A stretch of DNA of 64,000 bases from Minisyncoccia bacterium (GCA_044233485.1 JBIIJY010000001.1:80701-144700); one strand, 5' to 3'. Positions 18,709 through 29,030 are shown, counted from the first letter of the stretch. Numbers and translations are program-made. The notes: generated by a model from the letters alone, not told the origin.

Positions 18709-19737
18709 TTATTTACTAGCTTCGGCGATTTTCAACACACAGATCTCAAACGGAAGCACCTGACTCGTTGAAGTACGCAGGAGTGTCATGGCGTCGATAA
18801 GGTGAATCAGGGTTAGCGAATTGATATGCGTCGCGCTCTTGGCGAGAAGACGAATTTCACTTGCCACGTCTTTACCAAACTGCTCAATCACCTGCTCATC
18901 AGAGAGCGCTGAAAAGCGTACCAGCAGTACAGCTCTCACATAGTCGAGCACATCCTCACCGAAGTTTTTTGCGTGGGAATTATGCACTGAGAGTGACTGG
19001 GCAGTCTTGAGGGCTTCGGCGAATTTTTTCTCGCACAGTGAGCGCGCAAATGTATATGCCAAAACTCGTGGCGAGGCTCCGACAATTTTCTCAATATCCG
19101 CTCGGGTGATTGGCGTATGAGACACTCCAGCAAGAATCTGCTGTAGGAGTCCGTACGCGTCACGAAATGCACCGTCAGCAAGACGAGCCAGGAGCAGAGC
19201 AGCGTCTTTTTCAAGTGCACTCCCCTCGGCTTTTGCCGCGTCGACAAGCGCACTCGCGAGCACCTCGAGAGTTGGTCGTTCAAAACGGTACACTTGTGCA
19301 CGAGAGATGATTGTCTCGGGCACTTTCGCGAGCTCTGTCGTAGCGAGAATAAAGACAACATGCTCTGGCGGCTCTTCAAGAGTCTTCAAGAGTGCATTGA
19401 ACGCCTCTTTGGTGAGCATGTGCACCTCGTCGATAATGTACACCTTTACGGGCGAAGAAAACGGCTTAGTCGAAACCGACTCCTTGAGATCACGGATATC
19501 ATCGATACCGCGATTTGAAGCTGCGTCGATTTCATAGAGGTCTTCTTCATGAGCTCCGAGTTCACGAGCCAGGATGCGCGCAATTGAAGTCTTGCCCGTA
19601 CCTCGTGACCCCGCAAAAAGATAGGCATGACTTGTCTTTTTCTTGGCCAGTGATGCCGTAAGGGCTTTAACAATGTCTTCCTGACCTCGAACTTGCGCAA
19701 AGGTTTGTGGGCGGTATTTTCGGTAGAGTGCAATCAT
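18709..19737 (-). CDS. dnaX: DNA polymerase III subunit gamma/tau (short)
   Basis: ALYRKYRPQTF, GSRGTGKTS, EIDAASNRG, DEVHML, NALLKTLEEPP. Confidence 0.95.
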   Translation of the reverse strand: MIALYRKYRPQTFAQVRGQEDIVKALTASLAKKKTSHAYLFAGSRGTGKTSIARILARELGAHEEDLYEIDAASNRGIDDIRDLKESVSTKPFSSPVKVYIIDEVHMLTKEAFNALLKTLEEPPEHVVFILATTELAKVPETIISRAQVYRFERPTLEVLASALVDAAKAEGSALEKDAALLLARLADGAFRDAYGLLQQILAGVSHTPITRADIEKIVGASPRVLAYTFARSLCEKKFAEALKTAQSLSVHNSHAKNFGEDVLDYVRAVLLVRFSALSDEQVIEQFGKDVASEIRLLAKSATHINSLTLIHLIDAMTLLRTSTSQVLPFEICVLKIAEASK

Positions 19738-19769
19738 ACTCCCAGTATACCGAGGAGGATACAATACGC

Positions 19770-19800
19770 AAAAACCCCGCGCAGAGTGCGCGGGGTTTTT
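19770..19800 (-). terminator. Intrinsic terminator
   Basis: aaaaaccccgcgca-gag-tgcgcggggttttt. Confidence 0.8.
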
Positions 19801-19824
19801 GAATTCACCTGAAAATGAGTGAAT

Positions 19825-21156
19825 TTAGTTATTCATTCCGAAGAGCCATTTGAAGAAATCTTTGATTCCTCGTCCGACTGCTCCGAAGACGTTACCAACA
19901 AGAGATGAAGATTGACCCTGAGTGTTGTTCTCAATTTTAATTGGGAATTCAGTAGAAGTTGCCGTCTCAGCAGGAGCAACAACTGGTGCTGGTGTTCCTG
20001 GAGTAAGGATTGGTGCATTTTCACCAACGACAACAGTAGGAGCTACTGAGCCGTTCTGGTAAGCCTCGACGATTGCTCGTTCTGAAGCAGAGAGAGCTCG
20101 TGAAGTACCACACATGATCTCATTGATTTTCTTGAGAGTAGTGATGTATACCTGACCAGATACCTGAGCTGTAGGACCCCATGGAGCGATCGTATCAGCA
20201 AAGTATTTTGTCTGGAACGCTCGAACTGCATTTACCGTAGCAGTGTCATAGACACCAGTTACCGCAATACCGGCACGTTCGAATCGATTCAAGAAGTTTT
20301 GAAGCTTAGTAACTTCAGCAACTGAGTTTGAGCCTCCGAAAGTAAGGTATGAAGTAATTGGCGCACAGATCGCTGCCCCACCATTTCGTCCACCTGATCG
20401 AGAGCCACTTGATGATACACTCGCTGGGATAGCAGGAGTAGTATTTGTGATCTGACCTGACTGGTTGCCTGAAGTCTCAGTTGTAGGAACATACGGTGCA
20501 CCTGACTGGTTGCCTGAAGTTTCTACTCGAGGTGTATAGACACCTGGCTGATTGTTTGAAGTCTCAGTTGTAGGAACATATGGGCCAGACTGGTTACCTG
20601 AAGTTTCTGTCGCTGGGATCACTGAGAAAGTAACAAGTGTACTTACTGAGTTGTTTGCACCGAGCGAAAGATTCTGTGTTCCAAGCACTACTCCTCGTGG
20701 AACAGTGATGGTATAGGTGAATGCTCGTGACTCACCACCGGTAAGGGTGAATGAAGTCGCTGATGGCGTGACCCATGTATGAGCACCTCCGGTTGCACTA
20801 TAGAGAGTGATTGTTCGAGAACATCGAGCATCCTCTGTGTTAGTGATTCGAGCTGGGACAACTACTGTTGAACCAACAGCAATTGTTGCTGGCCAAGTTG
20901 CTGTAATGATTGGTGTATTGATACCGCACACTACAGAACTTCCACCTCCAGCTGACTGGTTGTTTGAAGTCTCAACTGTCGGAACGTATGCTCCGGCACC
21001 TGATTGGTTACTTGAAGTCTCAGTTGTTGGAACATATCCAGCACTCTGGTTTGAGTTCGATTCAGCCTGAGGAACAAACTGTGCAAACATACCCTGTGGA
21101 GCGATGAACGCTGTCGCAAGGGCGATTGCAAAGAAGATTTTTGTATAAGTTTTCAT
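19825..21156 (-). CDS. Secreted/surface protein with 7 YVPTTETSxNQSG-type repeats, an Ig-like domain and a peptidoglycan-binding-like domain
   Basis: Signal peptide; repeats; EVTKLQNFLN...VTGVYDTATVNAVRAFQ; promoter TTGACA-N17-TATAAT at 21195-21223. Confidence 0.8.
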   Translation of the reverse strand: MKTYTKIFFAIALATAFIAPQGMFAQFVPQAESNSNQSAGYVPTTETSSNQSGAGAYVPTVETSNNQSAGGGSSVVCGINTPIITATWPATIAVGSTVVVPARITNTEDARCSRTITLYSATGGAHTWVTPSATSFTLTGGESRAFTYTITVPRGVVLGTQNLSLGANNSVSTLVTFSVIPATETSGNQSGPYVPTTETSNNQPGVYTPRVETSGNQSGAPYVPTTETSGNQSGQITNTTPAIPASVSSSGSRSGGRNGGAAICAPITSYLTFGGSNSVAEVTKLQNFLNRFERAGIAVTGVYDTATVNAVRAFQTKYFADTIAPWGPTAQVSGQVYITTLKKINEIMCGTSRALSASERAIVEAYQNGSVAPTVVVGENAPILTPGTPAPVVAPAETATSTEFPIKIENNTQGQSSSLVGNVFGAVGRGIKDFFKWLFGMNN

Positions 21157-21386
21157 AATTTTTGGTCAATCTGCGTTTATAACAGATTATATATATTATA
21201 GTCTATACTAGACGAAATGTCAAGTATATGGTTTTCATATATGTGGGCTTACTGCCGTATGTTTTACATTACGTATTTCAGGGTAAATAGCAACCGCAGC
21301 CAGACTTTCTACATAGAAAAAGGGCGCCTGCTATGCAGAACGCCCTTGTGGAGGTTTTTAACGTGGGCTCAAGCCACGGGGCAATG

Positions 21387-22280
21387 TCAGTCTACCCACA
21401 AGCGGTAGAACCGCTGTTGACCGCCAGGGAAAGACTGGTCGGGAGTAAACTTCCCACCCGAGCGAATCACCCCGACATTCACCCAGTTAGTCTGCCCGAG
21501 AGCAGAGCTCATCTGCACAGCGGCCCAATGACCGGTGTTAACCGAGAGGCTCATCAGATGGTCGGGCATGACAGCGACACGAGGATCCTGTGGGAATCCT
21601 TTAGTGCTCACCATCGCCTCGACCCCATTGACGGAGCCAATGACCTGGTAGTCGTCGATGTCTTGCCGGCTGATGTAGCCAGCGATCTGCGCGATTTCGC
21701 CAGTCGTGGTGATCCGGAAGTTTCCAGCCGGCCCGAGACCAACGATCTGCGTATAGGGCGCGGATGACGAACTAATCGACTCCCATACCCCATCAGGACG
21801 CTTCCCCATCACCTCTGGCGAACTGTTGGCGAGAATGGTGAATGAACCATTGAAGATCACATCGAGGGACTCGATGCGGCCTGTCACCTGACTGGCCGTG
21901 ATAGTGCCATTGGTGGCCACGATGCGGAAAGCAAAGTTCAACTGTGAGTCGAACCCAGCTCCGGCAACCATGTTGGTCAGATTGATCTTGGACACCGGAG
22001 ACAAAGCCCCGAGCGTTCCAGTCAGACCCCCGATAACTCGGGAGACGAACTGGCTCCGACCCGGCGCCCCGATGCGGGGGCCGTAGGTGGGAACTATTTC
22101 CACCATATAGGGACCCGAAGGGATCCCTTGGCGGACAACGATGATCTTCGATAGCGGCCTGAGAGCCACACCTTCACCAGCGGTCAGCTCCCCAACAGGC
22201 CGATACTCCTGAGCGAAGCTCAGGAAGCTGCTGAGGATGAAACTGAAGAGAACAACCGACAGAGACATGGATGTCTTCAT
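21387..22280 (-). CDS. Secreted hypothetical protein with C-terminal W...RFYRL module
   Basis: Signal peptide ending SFA|QE; GC-richer than flanks; own promoter TTGACA-N17-TATCAT at 22431-22459. Confidence 0.75.
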   Translation of the reverse strand: MKTSMSLSVVLFSFILSSFLSFAQEYRPVGELTAGEGVALRPLSKIIVVRQGIPSGPYMVEIVPTYGPRIGAPGRSQFVSRVIGGLTGTLGALSPVSKINLTNMVAGAGFDSQLNFAFRIVATNGTITASQVTGRIESLDVIFNGSFTILANSSPEVMGKRPDGVWESISSSSAPYTQIVGLGPAGNFRITTTGEIAQIAGYISRQDIDDYQVIGSVNGVEAMVSTKGFPQDPRVAVMPDHLMSLSVNTGHWAAVQMSSALGQTNWVNVGVIRSGGKFTPDQSFPGGQQRFYRLWVD

Positions 22281-22499
22281 AGGAACCTTTCAACGAACAC
22301 GATCCTTGAGTCTTTTGGGTTTAAGGGATTGAGCGATCTTTATTGAGCGCCGTACCCTTGTAACCTTTGATTACTATGTCGTACACCTGCCCGACATATT
22401 CAATAATCAACTCAAAAACCTTTGTATATAATGATAGCAGAATACTTGCTATCTGTCAAGTAGTATTATATGGCTTAAAACAAGGCTATTTATCCACTT

Positions 22500-23546
22500 T
22501 TAAGCCTTTCTCTGGAGTTCCAGATATGCATCTATTTCCCTCGTCAATTCATCGAGTGTGTTGCATTCCATGAGTCGAGCTCGTAGTTCTGCCGAGCCAG
22601 GCCAGCCATGCACATAGCCTTTATAGTGCTTTTTCATCGTAGCAAAGCTTTTTACCCCACCGAGCTTCTCCAAAAAAAGTGCACTGTGCTCAAGAAGTGC
22701 TCGTAATCGCTCTTCGACAGTGATCGACGGATCTATCGAGCTATAGAGTTCAAACTTTCGAGGAGTGAGCACCCCTTCCAGAGGAAGCACTTCTTCTTTC
22801 ACTTTTTGCAAATCACGGCAAAGCCATGGATTTCCAAAAAATGCTCGACCGATCATTACCCCATCGGCACCAGAGGCACGCGCCTTGGCGATACCATCTC
22901 GAAGAGAACTCACATCACCATTACCAAGTATTAATGTCTCAGGCGAAAGAGTGTCTCGCAGAGCGACAACTTTTCGTATAAGTTCCCAGCGTGCTGGTAC
23001 AAGCGAGAGCTCTTTTCGTGTACGTGCATGCACGGTGAGGGCAGCTGGCTTTTCTGCGAGTATCCTTGGAATCCAGGTATCAAGCTCTTCCTGGTTGAAC
23101 CCCACTCGCGTTTTTACCGAGACCGGAATATTCCCTGCCCCACGTTTGGCAGCACGAAGTACAGCCACCGCTTGATCGGGAGTGCGGATCATTGCCGCAC
23201 CAGCTCCTTGTTTTTCTATCGATGCGTCGGGACACCCCATATTGATATCCACTCCATCAAAACCAAGCTCGTAAGCCAACCGGCAAGCTGCCTCCATATG
23301 TTCTGGATGTGCGGTAAAAAACTGAGCGATGATCGGACGCTCCGCTTCCGAGAACTCCAAATCTTTCAGGAGTTTTTTCCGACCCTCTTCTGGTGCGAGT
23401 GCCAGTCCATCAGCCGAGACAAACTCCGTCCAGGTAACATCTGGCTTACCATGGCGAGCGATCAGTGCACGAAACACACTGTCCGTGACATCAGCCATAG
23501 GAGCGAGAGCGACGATTGGTTTTGGAAGTGTAGACCAGAAATTCAT
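22500..23546 (-). CDS. dus: tRNA-dihydrouridine synthase
   Basis: LAPMADVTD, DINMGCP, VSVKTR, TVHART, GNGD, MIGRA. Confidence 0.95.
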   Translation of the reverse strand: MNFWSTLPKPIVALAPMADVTDSVFRALIARHGKPDVTWTEFVSADGLALAPEEGRKKLLKDLEFSEAERPIIAQFFTAHPEHMEAACRLAYELGFDGVDINMGCPDASIEKQGAGAAMIRTPDQAVAVLRAAKRGAGNIPVSVKTRVGFNQEELDTWIPRILAEKPAALTVHARTRKELSLVPARWELIRKVVALRDTLSPETLILGNGDVSSLRDGIAKARASGADGVMIGRAFFGNPWLCRDLQKVKEEVLPLEGVLTPRKFELYSSIDPSITVEERLRALLEHSALFLEKLGGVKSFATMKKHYKGYVHGWPGSAELRARLMECNTLDELTREIDAYLELQRKA

Positions 23547-23593
23547 AGAATAGCTATGTAACGTAGACTAACGCACTCTCAGCAGAAAACAAG

Positions 23594-24445
23594 CTACTGA
23601 CGGGTACTCGTCGCCCTGACAACACCACCCTCACGAAGGCGAACGAAGACCTTACTACCCAAAACAAGGTCAACCGAATCAATGCGGGTCTCGCCGTTCG
23701 CTTCATTAAATTTTTTGTTGGCGAGTACCGCCCGGAGATACTCAAGCGTCGCACTGAGATCTTTTGTCGGACGAATTCGTGCTTTAACACCATTGGTAAA
23801 TTCAATTACATAATCCTCACTATCAACTCGAGTTGCATAACGCGGCTCCAATCCAGACGCGAGCGATTCTTGTGTAAAGGTCATGAGTCGGGAGAAGACT
23901 ACCTCATTCTCGATGATATCGAGGAGTTGTTTGGTGCTCGTACTGGTGGTATCGCGGAAAATGACGTATCCACTACCGTAGTAAGGCGCACTCGAGAAGA
24001 GGCGGGCTTCTTTATCAATGAAAAAACAAGGAGAGTTCGGATCGGTATCAGCACAATAGAGTGCCACTGGTATGCGATCGACTGGAGCGATGGAGAGCAC
24101 TCTTCCGTCGAGCTCGATCTGTACTGACTCGATTCGTGGGAGCGCCACAGTGATCTCACGAGTGAGGTGACCACGAGGAATAAAAAGTATATTCGTTTTC
24201 GGAATCAGCCACAGGTATTTTTCTCGCAAAATACCTTCCACCAGGGAAGAAATTTCTTTTGAATAAATACCTTCGGCCACACGAACCTGCGTAATCTGCA
24301 TAAACGAGGCTCGGCAAAATAGTACAAACGACACCACCCACAGCACTGTCGCCAAAGAAAAAACTACTCGTTTATACGCGCGTGTCTTACGAAAACTTTT
24401 CTTTGTCTCTTTAGGAATATATGACCGTCGATGCTTGGCGACCAT
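23594..24445 (-). CDS. FtsQ/DivIB-like bitopic membrane protein
   Basis: Basic cytoplasmic N-terminus, one TM, POTRA-like segment, C-terminal IDSVDL..GSKVFVR. Confidence 0.6.
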   Translation of the reverse strand: MVAKHRRSYIPKETKKSFRKTRAYKRVVFSLATVLWVVSFVLFCRASFMQITQVRVAEGIYSKEISSLVEGILREKYLWLIPKTNILFIPRGHLTREITVALPRIESVQIELDGRVLSIAPVDRIPVALYCADTDPNSPCFFIDKEARLFSSAPYYGSGYVIFRDTTSTSTKQLLDIIENEVVFSRLMTFTQESLASGLEPRYATRVDSEDYVIEFTNGVKARIRPTKDLSATLEYLRAVLANKKFNEANGETRIDSVDLVLGSKVFVRLREGGVVRATSTRQ

Positions 24446-24458
24446 ACACTAGAGTGTA

Positions 24459-25730
24459 CTATTTTTTTGGAGCAATAACTGCAAAACCAGTGTATTTGTG
24501 GAGAACCTCAGGAATGATGATCGAACCATCTGCCTGTTGATTATTCTCAAGAAGTGAAATAAGGAGGCGCGGAGTAGCAGCAGCGGTGTTGTTGAGCGAG
24601 TGCACAAAACGCATTTTTCCTTCGGCGTCTTTGTATCGGAGGTTCAGGCGTCGAGTTTGGAAATCATGGAAGTATGAAGATGAGTGAGTCTCTCGATACG
24701 TATTTTGTGTTGGCACCCAGCACTCAATGTCGTACTTCTTTACCTGACCGAGACCAATATCTCCACCGCAGTTGAGCACAACATGGTATGGGATACGCAA
24801 ACCCTGAAGCATTTCCTCAGCATTCTTGGTGAGCTCTTCATGGAAATCAACACTCGTCTGATGATTTGCCTCACAGAGAATCACTTGTTCAAATTTAAAG
24901 AATTCATGAACGCGCATGACCCCTTTGGTATCTTTTGAGTGACTTCCCGCCTCACGTCGAAAACATGGAGAAAACGCGAGAATCTTTTTTGGAAGATCCG
25001 TCTCTTTGAGTACGGTGTCAGAGTAGTACGACATTGTTGCCACCTCGCCAGTTCCCGCCAAATAATCCCCGTCTTGAGTCTTATAGAGATCTTCTTCGCC
25101 TTGTGGAAGGTATCCAGTACCGAGAAGCGCCTCGCGACGCACGAGTGAAGGCACGATCATTGGACTAAACCCTTTCTTCACAAACATCTCGAGAACATAT
25201 TGCCAGAGGGCAAAATTCAAAATCGCTCCTTCGTTTTTCAAAAAGTATCCACGAAAACCAGCCACCTTTGCGCCCGTTTCGAAATCAGCAATGTCGAGCT
25301 TCTCCATGAGCTCAATGTGATTTTTCGGGACAAAGTTGAAAAAAGGTTTTTCTCCCCACACGCGCACTTCAACATTATCTTTATCAGTCTCGCCGTCTGG
25401 CACTGACATGTCTGGAATGTTTGGAACCTGAAGCATCAGCGCTCCCCACTTGTTCATGATTTTCTTGAGCTCCTCTTCTTCAAGAACCATCTGATCCTTG
25501 AGCGCCTTCATGCTTGCAATCAGGTTTGCGCGCTCGGTCTGGTCTTGAGTGCGGGCAATCTTTTCACTTACTGCATTTTGCTCTGCTCGTTTAAGCTCAA
25601 TCTTTGTGAGAGCACTTCGACGGAGATCGTCGGCCTCAATGAGCTGATCTATCTTAAAATCGACTCGCTTCTTTTTGGCGGCGAGCTTGATAAGGTCTAT
25701 ATTGTCCCGGATAAACTTAATATCGAGCAT
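24459..25730 (-). CDS. serS: Serine--tRNA ligase
   Basis: MLDIKFIR, FRREAGS, RVHEFFKFEQ, LNNTAAATPR. Confidence 0.97.
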   Translation of the reverse strand: MLDIKFIRDNIDLIKLAAKKKRVDFKIDQLIEADDLRRSALTKIELKRAEQNAVSEKIARTQDQTERANLIASMKALKDQMVLEEEELKKIMNKWGALMLQVPNIPDMSVPDGETDKDNVEVRVWGEKPFFNFVPKNHIELMEKLDIADFETGAKVAGFRGYFLKNEGAILNFALWQYVLEMFVKKGFSPMIVPSLVRREALLGTGYLPQGEEDLYKTQDGDYLAGTGEVATMSYYSDTVLKETDLPKKILAFSPCFRREAGSHSKDTKGVMRVHEFFKFEQVILCEANHQTSVDFHEELTKNAEEMLQGLRIPYHVVLNCGGDIGLGQVKKYDIECWVPTQNTYRETHSSSYFHDFQTRRLNLRYKDAEGKMRFVHSLNNTAAATPRLLISLLENNQQADGSIIIPEVLHKYTGFAVIAPKK

Positions 25731-25762
25731 AATACGTAAAAGTATAGACTATTTTGCCCAAA

Positions 25763-25876
25763 ATTAAAGGGCACCGCGACGAGTTGCAGACTCGCAGTGC
25801 CCTTAACACGCTAGAGATCGGACATCAAATCACCTCCTTCTAGATATTTCAACAGTGGATCAGTTGAAACTCTCAT
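25763..25876 (-). other. Small structured transcript with 21-aa ORF (25811-25876), embedded perfect SD and terminator
   Basis: MRVSTDPLLKYLEGGDLMSDL*; AAGGAGGTGAT at 25829-25839; three hairpins ending in taagggcac..gtgcccttta. Confidence 0.45.
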
Positions 25877-25898
25877 AATATCTTACACTTATATATGT

Positions 25899-26741
25899 AT
25901 GGATATCAAGACGCTCGCGCAGAAACAATTCCCCCGGCGACTTCTCGAAATACCTTCTCCACCTTCAAAGCTCTTTATTCGTGGATCGTACCCAGACGAA
26001 TCATACAAATTCCTGGCTGTTGTCGGCGCTCGCAAATACACCCCGTATGGAAAAGACGTTACTGAGAAATTGATTGCTGGACTTACTGGATACCCGATTG
26101 TAATTGTCTCGGGCCTGGCCTTGGGTATCGACTCATTGGCCCATGAGAGCGCTCTTCGCGCGGGACTCACCACGATCGCTCTTCCTGGGTCAGGACTCGA
26201 CCCGAGTGTGATCTATCCGCGGACACATCAGGGACTCTCGAAGCGCATTCTTGAAAGCGGCGGTGCGCTTGTATCCGAATTTTCTCCGAAAGAGCGAGCG
26301 GCGCCATGGATGTTCCCAATGCGAAATAGAATCATGGCTGGAATCGCTGACGCCGTACTCGTCATCGAAGCCGAGGCTAAGAGCGGCACACTCATCACCT
26401 CGAAATACGCCACTGAGTACAATCGCGACGTCTTCGCTGTCCCGGGGAATATTTTCTCCCCAAATTCTGCTGGGCCGCACCTGCTCCTCGACCTTGGCGC
26501 AAAAATCATTCGTGGGCCGGCTGATATTCTGGAAGGGCTTGGACTAGAGCAGACCTCACCCCAAGAGTCTTCGCTATCGGCGCTGGCCAAACAGATCATC
26601 GCAGAACTTTCTACACCCAAGACAGCCGACGAACTCAGTACGAGCACCAAAGAGCCCCTCGACACACTTCTCATGACTCTCACCTCTCTTGAAATCGACG
26701 GAATTATTGTCCGAGCCGAAGGTCTGTATCGTAAAAAATAA
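25899..26741 (+). CDS. dprA: DNA-processing protein DprA
   Basis: AVVGAR, VSGLALGID, FPMRNRIMAG, SGTLIT, C-terminal winged helix. Confidence 0.96.
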   Translation: MDIKTLAQKQFPRRLLEIPSPPSKLFIRGSYPDESYKFLAVVGARKYTPYGKDVTEKLIAGLTGYPIVIVSGLALGIDSLAHESALRAGLTTIALPGSGLDPSVIYPRTHQGLSKRILESGGALVSEFSPKERAAPWMFPMRNRIMAGIADAVLVIEAEAKSGTLITSKYATEYNRDVFAVPGNIFSPNSAGPHLLLDLGAKIIRGPADILEGLGLEQTSPQESSLSALAKQIIAELSTPKTADELSTSTKEPLDTLLMTLTSLEIDGIIVRAEGLYRKK

Positions 26742-26830
26742 AGTCGCACCTACCTATCCCCAGTTTGCAAAAATAACAAATCTATCCCATAGTGAAAAAA
26801 TAGAGAACGAATTTCTCTCACGATATTTAT

Positions 26831-29017
26831 ATGAAACTACTCATTGTCGAGTCTCCTTCAAAAGCAAAGACGATTAACAAATACCTCGGTAGTGAATACA
26901 AGGTAGTTGCTTCAGTCGGCCACGTTCGTGATCTTCCCAAGTCAAATAAAAAAGCGATTGATATCCCTGCCGGCTTTGTCCCTCACTACGAAATCTCAAA
27001 AGGGAAAGAGGGTGTTGTCAGTGAGATCCGCGAACTCGCTCACGAAGCAAAGGAGGTTCTTCTCGCCACCGACCCGGACCGTGAAGGTGAAGCTATCTCG
27101 TGGCACCTGGTTGAGGCAGCAAAGCTTGCCAAGGGAAAAACCAAGCGAGTCACCTTTCATGAGATCACCAAAGAAGCAATTCTTGAAGCACTCACTCACC
27201 CACGAGATATAGATCAAAACTTGCGAAAGGCGCAGGAGGCACGGCGAGTGCTAGACCGACTTGTAGGATATGATCTCTCGGGATTGATCTGGAAGAAAGT
27301 CCGCTACGGTTTGTCGGCCGGTCGAGTGCAATCACCCGCTCTACGAATACTCTGCGAACGAGAACGAGAAATTACCGCCTTCATCCCTGAAAATTATTTT
27401 GTTCTCGAGTTTGATGCTCTGACACCACAGAAAACCCCAGTCACATTCACTGCCGCGCAAATACTCAATAGTGCAGAGCAGGCAGACACCATTCTTACCA
27501 AGATTCGCAAAGCGACAATCACTGTCGGATCCGTCACTGAAACACCGACGACTCGAAGTGCCCGAGCACCTTTCACCACCTCGACTCTTCAGCAGACAGC
27601 CAGTACTCGACTTGGTTTTAGTCCGAAACGAACCATGATCGCTGCCCAGAAACTCTATGAGGCAGGTCTCATTACCTATATGCGTACCGATAGTACAACA
27701 CTCTCGGCTCAGGCACTGACAAGTATCAAAGCAGTAGTTACTAAAGAGTACGGCGCAGCTCTTTCTGAATCAAGACAATTTCAAACTAAATCAAAGAATG
27801 CTCAGGAAGCTCATGAAGCAATACGACCAACCGACCCAAAGAAACTTCGAGCTGGGATCACTGACGATCAGAAAGCGGTGTATGAACTTATTTGGCGTCG
27901 AACAATCGCTAGTCAAATGATCGACGCTTCACTCATCCGGACAAAGATCATTCCCGCTTTTAGTGATACAGAGATACCTGAATTTGCGGTCACCGGCTCA
28001 CGTGTGACAAGTCCTGGTTGGCTTTTGGCTGATCCAGAAAGTACCGGCGAGGAGCGAACCATGCCTCAAGTATCAGTCGGTGATACACTCTCGCTTGTTG
28101 AGGCACGACGACTCGACAAACAGACAGAACCACCAGCCCGTTTCACTGAAGCCGGACTCATTAAAGAACTCGAGAAGCGCGGCATCGGACGCCCTTCTAC
28201 CTACGCATCGATTATTTCCACCATCGAAGAGCGAGGATACGTTGAAAAACTTGGACGATCACTCAAGCCGACCGATCTTGGTGATGTAGTCTCAAAGTTT
28301 CTTGAAACAAACTTCACAACTTATATCAGTGATGACTTCACTGCGGAAATGGAAAATAAGCTCGACGAAATTGCCAGTGGCGAGCGTGAATATGAAAAGA
28401 CCCTGAAAGATTTTTATGTTCCTTTTTCTAAAGAAGTAAAAGAGAAGGACAAGAGTACCGACAAACTCACCACCCTTGGTGAAGCGGATGCAAAGTTTAA
28501 ATGTCCAAAATGTGATTCATCAATGGATATTAAATTGTCTCGAACTGGTAAATTCCTCTCTTGTTCGAAATACCCAGACTGCGATGGTGCCCTGACCATG
28601 GAAGGTACTGAGCTCGTACGACAAGAGGATCAGACACCGCTCGGAATTGACCCAGTGACCGGCCTCCCTATCTTAGTACTCGTCGGACGCTTTGGGCCGT
28701 ATGTGCAGCTTGGCCATAAAGAAAAAGGTAAGAAGACTAAACCGCGCATGGCGAGTATTCCAAAAGAAATTGATCCTTCGAAGATTACCCTAGCTGAAGC
28801 TCTCAAACTCCTCTCTCTCCCTCGAGTACTGGGCACTCACCCGACTACAGGAAAAGAGATCTCTACTGCCATTGGTCGATTCGGTCCATTCGTCGTGCAT
28901 GATGGTGATTTCAGAAATCTTAAAGTCGACAGTCCATACACCATCACCCTTGAACGTGCCCTCGAGATTCTCGCTGAAGAAAAGAAACGACGAGGGTTTC
29001 AGAAGAAAAAGAAATAA
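26831..29017 (+). CDS. topA: DNA topoisomerase I
   Basis: IVESPSKAKTI, ATDPDREGE, SAGRVQS, ITYMRTDS, Zn ribbon, GRFGPY repeats. Confidence 0.98.
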   Translation: MKLLIVESPSKAKTINKYLGSEYKVVASVGHVRDLPKSNKKAIDIPAGFVPHYEISKGKEGVVSEIRELAHEAKEVLLATDPDREGEAISWHLVEAAKLAKGKTKRVTFHEITKEAILEALTHPRDIDQNLRKAQEARRVLDRLVGYDLSGLIWKKVRYGLSAGRVQSPALRILCEREREITAFIPENYFVLEFDALTPQKTPVTFTAAQILNSAEQADTILTKIRKATITVGSVTETPTTRSARAPFTTSTLQQTASTRLGFSPKRTMIAAQKLYEAGLITYMRTDSTTLSAQALTSIKAVVTKEYGAALSESRQFQTKSKNAQEAHEAIRPTDPKKLRAGITDDQKAVYELIWRRTIASQMIDASLIRTKIIPAFSDTEIPEFAVTGSRVTSPGWLLADPESTGEERTMPQVSVGDTLSLVEARRLDKQTEPPARFTEAGLIKELEKRGIGRPSTYASIISTIEERGYVEKLGRSLKPTDLGDVVSKFLETNFTTYISDDFTAEMENKLDEIASGEREYEKTLKDFYVPFSKEVKEKDKSTDKLTTLGEADAKFKCPKCDSSMDIKLSRTGKFLSCSKYPDCDGALTMEGTELVRQEDQTPLGIDPVTGLPILVLVGRFGPYVQLGHKEKGKKTKPRMASIPKEIDPSKITLAEALKLLSLPRVLGTHPTTGKEISTAIGRFGPFVVHDGDFRNLKVDSPYTITLERALEILAEEKKRRGFQKKKK

Positions 29018-29030
29018 AAAAAACCCGCAC

